DNA of 64,000 nt. Origin: an uncultured bacterium (lineage in GTDB: Bacteria; Verrucomicrobiota; Verrucomicrobiia; Limisphaerales; UBA8199). The notes under the pieces were generated by a model that saw only the letters and a program-made list of their open reading frames with translations, was not told the origin of the DNA and made no database searches. Both the position numbers and the translations under genes were made by a program. Below, one piece after another: positions 33,454 to 42,787 of the stretch. The stretch covers positions 448,001 through 512,000 of the forward strand of contig CAVVMW010000006.1 in NCBI GenBank assembly GCA_963749495.1, given 5' to 3'. Within the stretch, counting starts at the first letter, position 1. Each line of letters begins with the position of its first letter.

Positions 33454-34839
33454 ATGAAAGCCATTGTCCCTCTGCCCTCACGCCTTGCCGCAAGAACCTC
33501 CCCTGCCCCCACAAGGGCGAATTTCCTCCTGGCCGCGGCCACGCTCCCCGCCTTCCTGCTCCTGGCCGCCACGGCCCAACCGGCCGCCGCGGCGGTGACT
33601 CCGCCCCCCGGATTCACCGCCTTGTTCAACGGCCAGGACCTCACAGGCTGGCGCGGCGGGGAGACCTTCGACCACCGCAAGCTCCTGGCCATGACGCCCG
33701 AGGGGCGCGAGGCGCAAATCGCTAAGTGGACCGAGCAGATGCAGGGCCACTGGACGGTCGAAAACGGGGAACTCGTCAACGACGGCCAGGGCGCCTACGC
33801 CACCACGCAGAAGGACTACGGCGACTTCGAACTCCTGGTCGAGTACAAGACGGTCCCGCTGGCCGATTCGGGCATTTACCTGCGCGGCTGTCCCCAGGTG
33901 CAGATCTGGGATTATACCGAAGCGGGCGGCAAGTTTTCTCTGGGCGCCGACAAGGGCTCGGGCGGGCTTTGGAACAACCGCCCGGGCTCGCCCGGCAAAG
34001 ACCCGCTGGTCCTGGCCGATAGGCCCTTTGGACAATGGAACACTGTGCGGGTCATCATGGTCGGCGCGCGCGTGAGCGTCTGGCTTAACAACAAGCTGGT
34101 GGTGGACCATGCCCTTCTCGAGAACATGTACGACTACAAGGTCCCCGTGCCCCCCAAAGGCCCCATCGAACTCCAAACCCATGGCGGCGAAATCCGCTGG
34201 CGCAATATCTTCATCCGCGAAATCGGCTCCGATGAGGCCGACCGCATCCTGGCCGGCCATGGCGAAGAGGGCTTTCAATCCGTCTTCAACGGGCGCGATT
34301 TCACCGGCTGGGCCGGGCCGACCAATGAATACGAGATCGTCGACGGCGCCATCCAATGCCGTCCCAACAAAGGCGGCACCATTTACACGACCGGCGAGTA
34401 TGGCGATTTCATGGCGCGGGTCGAGATCAAGCTGCCGCCCGGCGGCAACAACGGCCTGGCCATCCGCTACCCGGGCCACGGCGACACCGCCTACGTCGGC
34501 ATGTGCGAATCACAGGTCCTGGATGACAACTACGAAAAGGCCACCGGCGAAAAAATTGACCCCCGCCAGGCCCACGGCTCGGCTTATGGCATGGTCGCCG
34601 CCGCCCGCGGTTACCAGCACCCTATCCGCGAGTGGAATTTCGAGGAGGTCACCGTCAAAGGCCCCAAGATCAAAGTCGAACTCAACGGCACCGTCATTCT
34701 CGACTGCAACCTCTCCAAAGTGACCCAGTACATGGCCAACTCCGCCCACCCGGGCAAGGACCGCACCAAAGGCTCCTTCGGCTTTGCCGGCCACAACGAC
34801 CCCGTCGCCTTCCGCAATATCCGCATCAAGCCGCTCTGA
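33454..34839 (+). CDS. Secreted tandem DUF1080 (3-keto-disaccharide hydrolase-like) protein
   Basis: Two LFNG-x-D-x-TGW domains with DSGIYLR/NNGLAIR and IRWRNI/VAFRNIRIK. Confidence 0.9.
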   Translation: MKAIVPLPSRLAARTSPAPTRANFLLAAATLPAFLLLAATAQPAAAAVTPPPGFTALFNGQDLTGWRGGETFDHRKLLAMTPEGREAQIAKWTEQMQGHWTVENGELVNDGQGAYATTQKDYGDFELLVEYKTVPLADSGIYLRGCPQVQIWDYTEAGGKFSLGADKGSGGLWNNRPGSPGKDPLVLADRPFGQWNTVRVIMVGARVSVWLNNKLVVDHALLENMYDYKVPVPPKGPIELQTHGGEIRWRNIFIREIGSDEADRILAGHGEEGFQSVFNGRDFTGWAGPTNEYEIVDGAIQCRPNKGGTIYTTGEYGDFMARVEIKLPPGGNNGLAIRYPGHGDTAYVGMCESQVLDDNYEKATGEKIDPRQAHGSAYGMVAAARGYQHPIREWNFEEVTVKGPKIKVELNGTVILDCNLSKVTQYMANSAHPGKDRTKGSFGFAGHNDPVAFRNIRIKPL

Positions 34840-34938
34840 AGCTAAAGGCTGAATCGTGGAGGCTCTCCACCCTCTGCGGCGCTTGCGCCACGGCGGAGAT
34901 GTGGCATTTTCAAGAGCCACGAAAAGCGCGGCTAAACT

Positions 34939-35244
34939 ATGGATAAACCAAAAATTATAGCTTACCTGAAGCCCGCCTGCGGCTGGAGCCGGGGGGTGCG
35001 GGCCGTCTTGACCAAATACGATCTGCCATACGAGGATCGCGACATCCAGAATGACCCGGCCCAGCGCCAGGAAATGGTGGCCCGGAGCGGGCAGGAGCTC
35101 AGCCCCTGTGTGGACATCAACGGCCACGTCCTGGCGGACGTGAGCGGTGACGAAGTGGAGACCTACCTTCTGGCCAATGGCCTGGTCGGGCCCACGGAGC
35201 GCGTGGCCGACGCGCCCACCAACCGCTGCGGCTGCGGCGGCTGA
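34939..35244 (+). CDS. Monothiol glutaredoxin-like protein
   Basis: CGWS active-site motif; SGQELSPCVDING. Confidence 0.8.
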   Translation: MDKPKIIAYLKPACGWSRGVRAVLTKYDLPYEDRDIQNDPAQRQEMVARSGQELSPCVDINGHVLADVSGDEVETYLLANGLVGPTERVADAPTNRCGCGG

Positions 35245-35266
35245 GCGTCATTGTCCCTTGTCTGCC

Positions 35267-36015
35267 TTATGTCCCTTTAGTCCCTTTGGTCTCACCGCCT
35301 TGCGCTGGACGCGCCGCAGGCGGTGGACTGGGCACGACGATGCGCACGGTGCGAGTTTGTGAGGGCACCGGGGCAGGAGTGGCGGTCGGGCCGGGGCGCG
35401 CCTCGGGAACCGAGGCAGGCCTTGGACCGGGGGCAGGAGCGGCAGCGGGCGGGGGCTTCGGCCCCGGCACGACTATGCGCACTGGGGGAGCTGAGGCGGG
35501 CGCAGGCCCAGGCGCAGCGCCGGGCACTGCCCGCACAGCCGGCGCCGCAGGGGCCGGGGCCTGGACCGGCCGAGCGGCCGGTGCGGGGGCAGGAGCGGGC
35601 GCCGCCCCGGGACCCAGCGCCACGGCCCGCGCTGCCGGCGCAGCGCCGGGGATGGCCCGCGCGACCGGTGTCGCCGGCCGGGCCGGCGGCGGCGCAGCGG
35701 GGGTTGCGACAGGGGCCGCCGCCGGCGCTGGATCGGCGACGTAGAGCAGTTCGACTGCGCCCAGGTGGATCGTCTGGCCCGCCTCCAGCGTCGCCTCCCG
35801 CGCAAACACGCGGTTAATGTAGGTGCCGTTGGTCGAATTCAGGTCCTTGATCACCGCCGATTGCCCCGTCACGACAATTTGGCAGTGAGTGCCCGAGACG
35901 GAAAGGTCGGTGAATTTGAAGTCGTTGGCCGGCCCGCGGCCGAGGCGGTTGAGCCCGGGCTTGACTCGATTTCCCATGCGGCAGGCGAGCCGGGGTTGAC
36001 GAGGAGCTTTGGCAT
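35267..36015 (-). CDS. FHA-domain protein with Pro/Ala-rich tail (frameshift near 35965)
   Basis: LGR...SVSGTHC...KDLNSTNGTYIN FHA motif; MPKLLVNPGSPAAWEIE lies upstream in another frame. Confidence 0.8.
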
Positions 36016-36131
36016 AAATGTTGAGCGCATCTTATTCCTGCGCCCGGGGGATTGTCGAATAGAATCTGCTCCGGAAGCTCAAGGCGGGTTAAGGATTGAC
36101 ATTCCGGGCCAAAGGAGTATGCCATCGACCC

Positions 36132-37703
36132 GTGGCAAAGTCTTGCGCAGCAGTCCCGGCCTCAGCGGCAACGGCGCTCTTGGCGCTGCTGTTGTCCCTG
36201 TGCGGGTGCAACGCCCGGTCCGAGGCACCCGGGCAATCCACCAACCGCGCGCAGCAGGCCAGCTCCTCTGAGGGCCTGCGCCGCATCCGCGAGCCGGCCG
36301 TCGCCGGCCTCTTCTATCCGGCGGACGAACGGGCCCTGGCAAAGGCCGTCGATGCCCTGCTGGAGAACGCCCCGCGGCACCAGTTCCCGCGCCTGCGCGG
36401 GTTGGTCTGCCCGCACGCGGGCTATGTCTTTTCGGGCCAGACCGCCGCGATTGGCTACAAGACGTTGACGGGGCACGATGTGCGGACGGTGATTGTGTTG
36501 GGTCCCAGCCACTATGCCTTGCTGGAGGGCGCCTGTATAACCGATGCCCAGGGCTACCGGACCCCGCTTGGCGTGGTGCCGATCTCGGAGAAGGCGGCGG
36601 CCCTGGCCGCGGTGGCGCCGTTTGCCCTGGAAAAACCGTGCCGCGTCCAGCGGCCCGACTGGTGGCGCCAGGCGCCCAAGGCCGCACCCGAGCCCGGCCA
36701 GGACACGCCCGAGACCTGGGAGCACTCCGTCGAGGTCCAGGTCCCCTTCCTGCAGCGCGTCGTCAAGGATTTCAAGCTCCTGCCCATCGTCGTGGGCATG
36801 GCGGACCCCGAGAAGATTGCCCAGGGCCTGGCGCCAATACTCGATGATAAAACAATTGTTGTTGCCAGCTCGGATTTAAGTCATTATCACCCCTACGATG
36901 CAGCCAAAGATCTTGACACCCGGTGTGTCAAGGCCATTTGCAACGTGAACACCGATGACATGAAATCCCAGGAGGCCTGCGGCAAGCTGCCGATTCTCTC
37001 GCTCATGCACCTGGCCAAGATCAAGGGCTGGAAGGCCCAACTCCTGGACGCGCGCAATAGCGGGGACGTCTCCGGCTCCAGAGAGAGCGTAGTGGGTTAT
37101 GCCGCCGTGGCCTTCTTCGAGCCGGGCACCGAGACCTATGACGCGACCGAGAGAAAGTCGCTGCTCGAACTGGCCCGCCGCACGTTGTCCAAGGCGGCCG
37201 CCGATCCTGCCGGGCCGGGGCCTGTCCTGGACGCCGGGAGCTTTTCTTCGAAACTGGCCCAACCCAAGGGCTGCTTCGTCACGCTCACCAAGGGCGGTGT
37301 GTTGCGCGGGTGCATCGGCAACATCCTGCCCAAGGACGCCCTCTACCAGGCGGTCATGGAGAACGCCCGCAACGCCGCGCTGCGCGACCCGCGCTTCGAT
37401 CCGGTGCGGCCCGAGGAGGTCTCCCAGATCAAGATCGAGATCAGCGTCTTGACCGTGCCCGAGCCGCTGGCCTTCACCTCGCCCGACGACCTGCTGGCCA
37501 AGCTCCAGCCGCACCGGGACGGCGTCCTGCTCCGCATCGGCTCCCGCGCCGCCACCTTCCTGCCCCAAGTCTGGGAGCAGATCCCGGGCAAGGTCGAGTT
37601 CCTCGACCACCTCTCCCAAAAGGCCGGCTGCAACCCCTCGGCCTGGCGCGGCAAAGACACCTCCGTCTCCATCTATCACGTCGAGTGTTTCCAGGAGAAT
37701 TGA
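36132..37703 (+). CDS. amrB: AmmeMemoRadiSam protein B (MEMO1) fused to protein A (AMMECR1), with lipoprotein signal
   Basis: REPAVAGLFYP, PHAGY, GPSH, EHSVEVQVPFLQ, ASSDLSHY; then GCFVTL...LRGCIG, DPRF, EISVL, ATFLPQV. N-terminal LLLSLCGC. GTG start is inferred. Confidence 0.92.
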   Translation: MAKSCAAVPASAATALLALLLSLCGCNARSEAPGQSTNRAQQASSSEGLRRIREPAVAGLFYPADERALAKAVDALLENAPRHQFPRLRGLVCPHAGYVFSGQTAAIGYKTLTGHDVRTVIVLGPSHYALLEGACITDAQGYRTPLGVVPISEKAAALAAVAPFALEKPCRVQRPDWWRQAPKAAPEPGQDTPETWEHSVEVQVPFLQRVVKDFKLLPIVVGMADPEKIAQGLAPILDDKTIVVASSDLSHYHPYDAAKDLDTRCVKAICNVNTDDMKSQEACGKLPILSLMHLAKIKGWKAQLLDARNSGDVSGSRESVVGYAAVAFFEPGTETYDATERKSLLELARRTLSKAAADPAGPGPVLDAGSFSSKLAQPKGCFVTLTKGGVLRGCIGNILPKDALYQAVMENARNAALRDPRFDPVRPEEVSQIKIEISVLTVPEPLAFTSPDDLLAKLQPHRDGVLLRIGSRAATFLPQVWEQIPGKVEFLDHLSQKAGCNPSAWRGKDTSVSIYHVECFQEN

Positions 37704-37795
37704 GGTCGCCGCGGCGCGGCGCCGACGGAAAATCCGTGCCCAATCCCATCGCCGGGTGTACAACACCGTCATCCTTTTGCGCAGGCGCTGACCTC

Positions 37796-38007
37796 CGGCC
37801 CAAGGGGCCGGCAGAGCCCAGCCCAGGGCTGAGGCCGCTAGGCCGATGCCCTGGGAATGGACCTCCAAGAACAGGTGCGCGCCCTGAAGGGGCGCCAGAG
37901 CGCTCTGGCGCCCCTTCAGGGCGCCCGGCCCGCGTTTGCGGCCAAAACCCAGGGCATCGGCCTCACGGCCTCAGCCCTGGGCTAGGTTCTGGCGGCCCCT
38001 TGGGCCG
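37796..38007. repeat. REPIN-like long palindrome (GCCCTGAAGGGGC family)
   Basis: The whole element is an imperfect inverted repeat centred on ccagagcgctctgg. Confidence 0.85.
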
Positions 38008-38091
38008 CGAGGCAGCTCAGTCTGCCTGAAGTCAATTCACAACGCGACATTTACCTTGCACACTTGCTTAGAATGCCCAGGTGATCGCCCG

Positions 38092-40399
38092 TTGCCCGAG
38101 GCCTCGGCCCGGCTCCTGCTTTTTGCCCTCTTGGCGCTGGGCTTCTCCTGCGTGATGACGCAGTTGGCGCTGATGCGGGAATTGCTCGGCGCCTTTTCGG
38201 GCAACGAGATGGTCCTGGGCATTGTGCTGGGGCTGTGGCTGCTGCTCATGGGTTTGGGCGCGGGCTTGGGCCGCTTCTGGACGAGGCTGCGCGACCCGGC
38301 GTCCATGCTGGCGCTTTTGCTGATCTGGCTGGCGCTCCTGCCGCCGGCCCAAGTGTTTCTGGCGCGCTCCTTGCGCAATGTCATCTTTATCCGCGGCGCC
38401 GCCATTGGCGTCGGCCAGACCGCCGCAGCCGGCCTGGTCCTGTTGCTCCCGTACTGCCTGGCCGCCGGCGGCGCGCTGGCCCTGGGCTGCACCCTGCCTC
38501 GAGCGCCGGCGCGGGGCCGTTGGCGCCGGCCAGGGCTATGTCGCCGACAGCCTCGGCAGCATTGCCGGGGGCATCCTCTTCGTTTGCGGGCATTCCCTGG
38601 ACCACATCGCCCTGCTGGTCGTTCCTGCGCTGGTCAATCTGCTGGCGGTTCAGGCGCTGGACTTGCCTGTGCCGGGTCGGACCGGTCGGACCGGTCCGAC
38701 GGGTCTGACGCGTCGGACTCGGCTCGCGTGGTTGCTCGGCCTTGCGCTGGTGGCGGCGGTCCTCTTTCTGGATCCGGACGGTCTGTCCACCCGCCTCCAG
38801 TACCCGCAGCAGCGCATCGTGGCGCGGGCCAATTCCCCTTACGGCAGGCTCCTGCTGACCCGCTCCGAAGGGCAGCTCAATTTTATCGAGAACGGCGTGC
38901 CTCTGACCTCAACCCGCGACGAGCAGCACATCGAGGAGACCGTCCATTATGCCCTGGCCCAGCGGCCCGACGCCCGCCGGGTGCTGCTCGTCTCCGGCGC
39001 CGTCTCCGGAACCGCGCGGGAGGTTCTCAAATACCCGGTCCAACGGATCGATTACGTCGAACTGGACCCGCTCATCCTGGAACTGGGCAAGAAATATCTG
39101 CCCGAGAACCTGGCCGACCCGCGCCTGCACATTATCAACACTGATGGCCGGCTCTTTATCAAACAGCGGCCGGCGGCCAGCGCAGAGGCACGAGCGGCGA
39201 GGGACGAGGGCTACGATGTCATCATCCTGGATCTTCCGGCCCCGGCGACCGCCCAACTGAACCGCTTCTACACCGTCGAGTTCATGGCCGAGGTGAAGCG
39301 GGCCTTGGCGCCCGGCGGAGTGCTCTCCTTCTCACTGGGCGAGTATGAGAACTACGTCAGTCCGGAGCTGGCCCGGTTGCTGGCGTCGGCGCACGGCACG
39401 GTAAAGACGTCCTTTCGCCACACCCTTCTGATTCCGGGCGGCCGGGTCTTCTTCCTGGCCTCGGACGGGCCGCTCTACCCGGACATTGCCTCGCGCCTGG
39501 AGCAGCGCCAGGTCCAGACCCGCCTGGTCCATCGCCATTACCTGGACGCCATGCTGGCGCCGGATCGGATGGCGGACCTCGAGCGGGCCGTTGCGCAACC
39601 GGCGGCACTCAACAGGGACTTCAGTCCCATCCTCTACTTCTACCATCTCCGCCACTGGATGAGCCAATTCAATACCCGCTTTGGCCCGCTCCAGGCCCTC
39701 CTGCTGGCCGCGCTTGGCTTTTACCTGGTGCGTTTGCGCCGCGCCGCCCTTGTCCTCTTTGCCTCCGGCTTCGCCGGCTCGGCCCTCGAGTTGGTCCTCC
39801 TCCTGGCCTTCCAGGTCCTTTGCGGGTCGGTCTATCACCAAGTCGGACTCATCGTCACCGTCTTCATGCTCGGCCTGGCGTGCGGGGCGTGGTGGGCGAA
39901 CCGGGCCGCCTGGGCCTGGCAGCAGGCGCCGGTTGTCGAAAGCGGGGTCGGGGCGCCGAGGGGCCAGGGGCCGAAGGTGAAGGGCCGGCCTGTGTGCTCA
40001 GGCGAAGAGGCGCAGAGAGTTCCACAGCTTCTGGCGTGGCTCTCCGCCGCCATTGCCGCTTATTCGCTCTGTCTGCCACTGATCCTGCCGGCGCTGGGCC
40101 GCTTGGGCGGCACGGCCTCCGCGGTGCTGGCGATCAAGACTGTCATTGCCGCGCTGACCTTCCTGCTGGCCGCCCTGGCCGGCGTCCAGTTCCCCCTGGC
40201 CATCCGCCTTGACCCGGCATCGGCTCCCTCGAGCCTGTCCCGCCTTTACACCGCCGATTTCCTGGGGGCCTGCCTGGGCGCCCTGCTCTCCTCGACGCTC
40301 CTCATCCCGCTGCTGGGCCTGTCCGGAGCGTGCCTGCTAACCGCCGCTCTGAATGCCCTCGCAGCGGTCGTGGTCGGAAGGGTCGGACTGGTGCGGTGA
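38092..40399 (+). CDS. Membrane-fused spermidine-synthase-like (class I SAM/dcSAM) protein (frameshift near 38500)
   Basis: TQLALMRELL...SGNE TM domain; SPYG, EETVH, VLLVSG, IDYVELDP, DGRLF, YDVIILDLP and NRFYTVEF; C-terminal TMs with LYTADFLGA. Start is approximate. Confidence 0.85.
38676..38720. repeat. In-frame 9-nt tandem array (GTCNGACNN) x5
   Basis: gtcggaccg gtcggaccg gtccgacgg gtctgacgc gtcggactc, encoding GRTGRTGPTGLTRRT. Confidence 0.85.
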
Positions 40400-40422
40400 T
40401 GGCGGAGACTGCCTCCCCGGCG

Positions 40423-40572
40423 GACCCCTCACCCCAGCCCTCTCCCCTTCGGAAGGGGAGAGGGAGAAGCGTCGGCCGTCTCTTGAACTTCCCAGCATCT
40501 CTGGTTCCTCCATCGGCTGCGGAGAATCCTCCCTCTCCCCATCCGATGGGGAGAGGGCCGGGGTGAGGGGTC
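40423..40572. repeat. MITE/REP-like element (CCCCTCACCCC...GGGGTGAGGGG family)
   Basis: Terminal inverted repeats and two CCCTCTCCCC...GGGGAGAGGG hairpins; inverted copy at 49181-49331. Confidence 0.9.
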
Positions 40573-40608
40573 TGCGGCGTCAGACCAATCTTTGACAGAC
40601 CGGTTACA

Positions 40609-40884
40609 ATGGCCCCCGTGATGAGCAGGTTTAACATCCTCTGCCTGAAGCTGGTCCGGTGGAGCGGTTGGCTGCTGCTGCCGCTGGTGCTGCTGTTCCT
40701 GTTGAGCGGCTACATCATGGACGGCCGATACGGCCTGAGCCGGTTGCTGGATGAAAAGGCGGCGCTGACCTTTCACCGGATGCTGCATTGGCCGCTAATC
40801 GTTCTTGTGCTGGCGCACAGCCTGCCGGCGGTGTATCTTGCCGTGCAGCGATGGGGTTGGATCAAACATCGCCAGGCGCCGTGA
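40609..40884 (+). CDS. Small two-TM membrane protein with conserved-looking His residues
   Basis: WLLLPLVLLFLLSGY...FHRMLHWPLIVLVLAHS; GTGA overlap with the radical SAM gene. Confidence 0.7.
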   Translation: MAPVMSRFNILCLKLVRWSGWLLLPLVLLFLLSGYIMDGRYGLSRLLDEKAALTFHRMLHWPLIVLVLAHSLPAVYLAVQRWGWIKHRQAP

Positions 40885-42208
40885 AAATCCCTGAACCAGA
40901 CCCGCCGGAGCGCCCGGGCGGCCAGACACGCCGGCACACCGGCCTCTCCCGCCGCGCGGCGATCGCTTTGGGTTCGGCGGGCGCCGCCGGGCTGGCGGGG
41001 GCTTCTCTGATTGACCTCTTTTCCAAGTGGCGCAACGCGGAGGCCCCGGCCGACATCTTCAAGGGCGACGCGCCCCACGCCGAGGTGTGGGAACTCTGGC
41101 GCAAGCGCGGCTGGGTCAAGGAGGCCTCCCACTACTTCAAGCTCGGCCGCAACGTGCAGTGCAAGGTCTGTCCAAACAACTGCCTGCTCGCGCCGGGCGA
41201 CCGCAGCCATTGCCGGAACAAGGTCAACCAGGATGGCGTGCTCTACACCATGGTGTATGGCAATCCCTGCACCTTCCACGTCGATCCCGTCGAGAAAAAG
41301 CCCTTGTTCCATTTCCTGCCTGGCAGCCGCACCTTCTCCCTGGCCACCTCCGGCTGCGTCTTCCGCTGCCTCAACTGCCAGAACTGGGAGATCTCCCAGA
41401 AAAAACCCGAGGAGACCAAGGACCCGCGCGGCCCCGAGTTGCGCCTGCGCCCGCCCCTGCCGGCCGGCCTCTCCCTCAGCGATGTCGCCCGCCTCAGCCT
41501 CTTTCCCGACGATGCCGTCGCCGTGGCCGACGCCCTCGCCTGCCCCTCGATCTCCTACACCTACTCCGAACCGACCTCCTTTTACGAATACACCCTGGAC
41601 ACCTGCAAGGCCGCCCGCCAGCGCCATCTCAAGAACATCGTCGTCAGTTGCGGCTCGATTGAAGAACGCCCTGCCCGCGACCTCTACCAGTTCGTGGACG
41701 CCGCGCACGTCAACCTCAAGGGCTTCGACCAGCAGATTTACTCCAAGCTCAACTCCGGCCGGCTCCAGCCCATCCTGCGCACCCTCAAGACGCTCAAAGA
41801 ACTGGGCATCTGGTTCGAGATCATCAACCTGATCGTGCCGACTTACACCGACAACCTGGCCACCATCCGCAAGATGTGCGCCTGGATAGCCAAAGAGTTC
41901 GGGCCGACCAACCCCTGCACTTCTCCCGCTTTCATCCCGAGCACAAGCTGGCGTACCTGACCCCCACGCCCGTCGAGGTCCTCCTCAAGGCGCGCGACGC
42001 CGCCCGCGCCGAGGGCCTCCGCTACGTTTATATCGGCAACGTCCCCGGCCTGGCCGACGCCGAGACCACCTTCTGCCCCAGTTGCAAAAAGCCCATCATC
42101 CGCCGCGACATCTTCGCCGTCACCACCCTCGATTTGGCCGCCGGCCACTGCCGCTTCTGCGGCGCCAAGATCGCCGGCGTCTGGCAAACCGGGCCGGACC
42201 AGAAATAG
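40881..42208 (+). CDS. amrS: AmmeMemoRadiSam radical SAM enzyme with twin-arginine-like N-terminus (frameshift near 41905)
   Basis: CKVCPNNC, DPVEKKPLFHF, CVFRCLNCQNWEISQ (CxxxCxxC) and YTYSEP; LHFSRFHP, YVYIGNV and CPSC...CRFC in the next frame. Confidence 0.92.
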
Positions 42209-42250
42209 TTGCGCCGCGCCGTTCGGCCGGTGGACGCCTGCGGGGCGAGT

Positions 42251-42598
42251 TTAGTCTCTCAGCGCAGTTTTAGCGAGCCGGTCTGACGCGTCGGACTGGT
42301 CAGACCGGTCAGACTTTATCTCATAATCCCCGAGCAGTTCGTCCGACAGACTGGCGCGAGCCACATTGGTGAGTTTCATCTCGGTCTTGCGCAACGTGGC
42401 AGCCGCCCCGCTGGCTTCGCTGATGTTGCGCACGCCGCTGCGAGCCGCCTGGACCATCTGGTCGGTCAAGCGGTGGTCGTGGGCCAGGAACCGGCGGCAG
42501 AAGACGACCGTGGCATCATACACGGCCTCAGCGACCTTGTAGCTGCGCAGCTTGCGGTAGCCGCCATGAGGCAGAAACGGGCCTTGGGGCTGGTTCAT
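42251..42598 (-). pseudogene. Truncated four-helix-bundle protein (23S IVS/bAvd-like, 'suffix-domain' type)
   Basis: HGGYRKLRSY...YDATVVFCRRF...DQMVQAARSG...EMKLTNVARASL...ELL-x-DYE, then continues into repeat-encoded SDRSDQSDASDR. Confidence 0.8.
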
Positions 42599-42787
42599 GG
42601 CTGGTGATTGTGCGGGGTGCGTGCAGAAAGCGCACGCACATTCGTCTGACCGGTGACCCCTCTGACTCGTCTGACTCGTCTGACACGTCGGACTTCCACT
42701 TTTCGGACATCGCTCGGACCGTTGTTACCAATACGACACAGGACCGACATGGGGAGTTCACACGCATATTATAAGTTGGCTGGGAGT

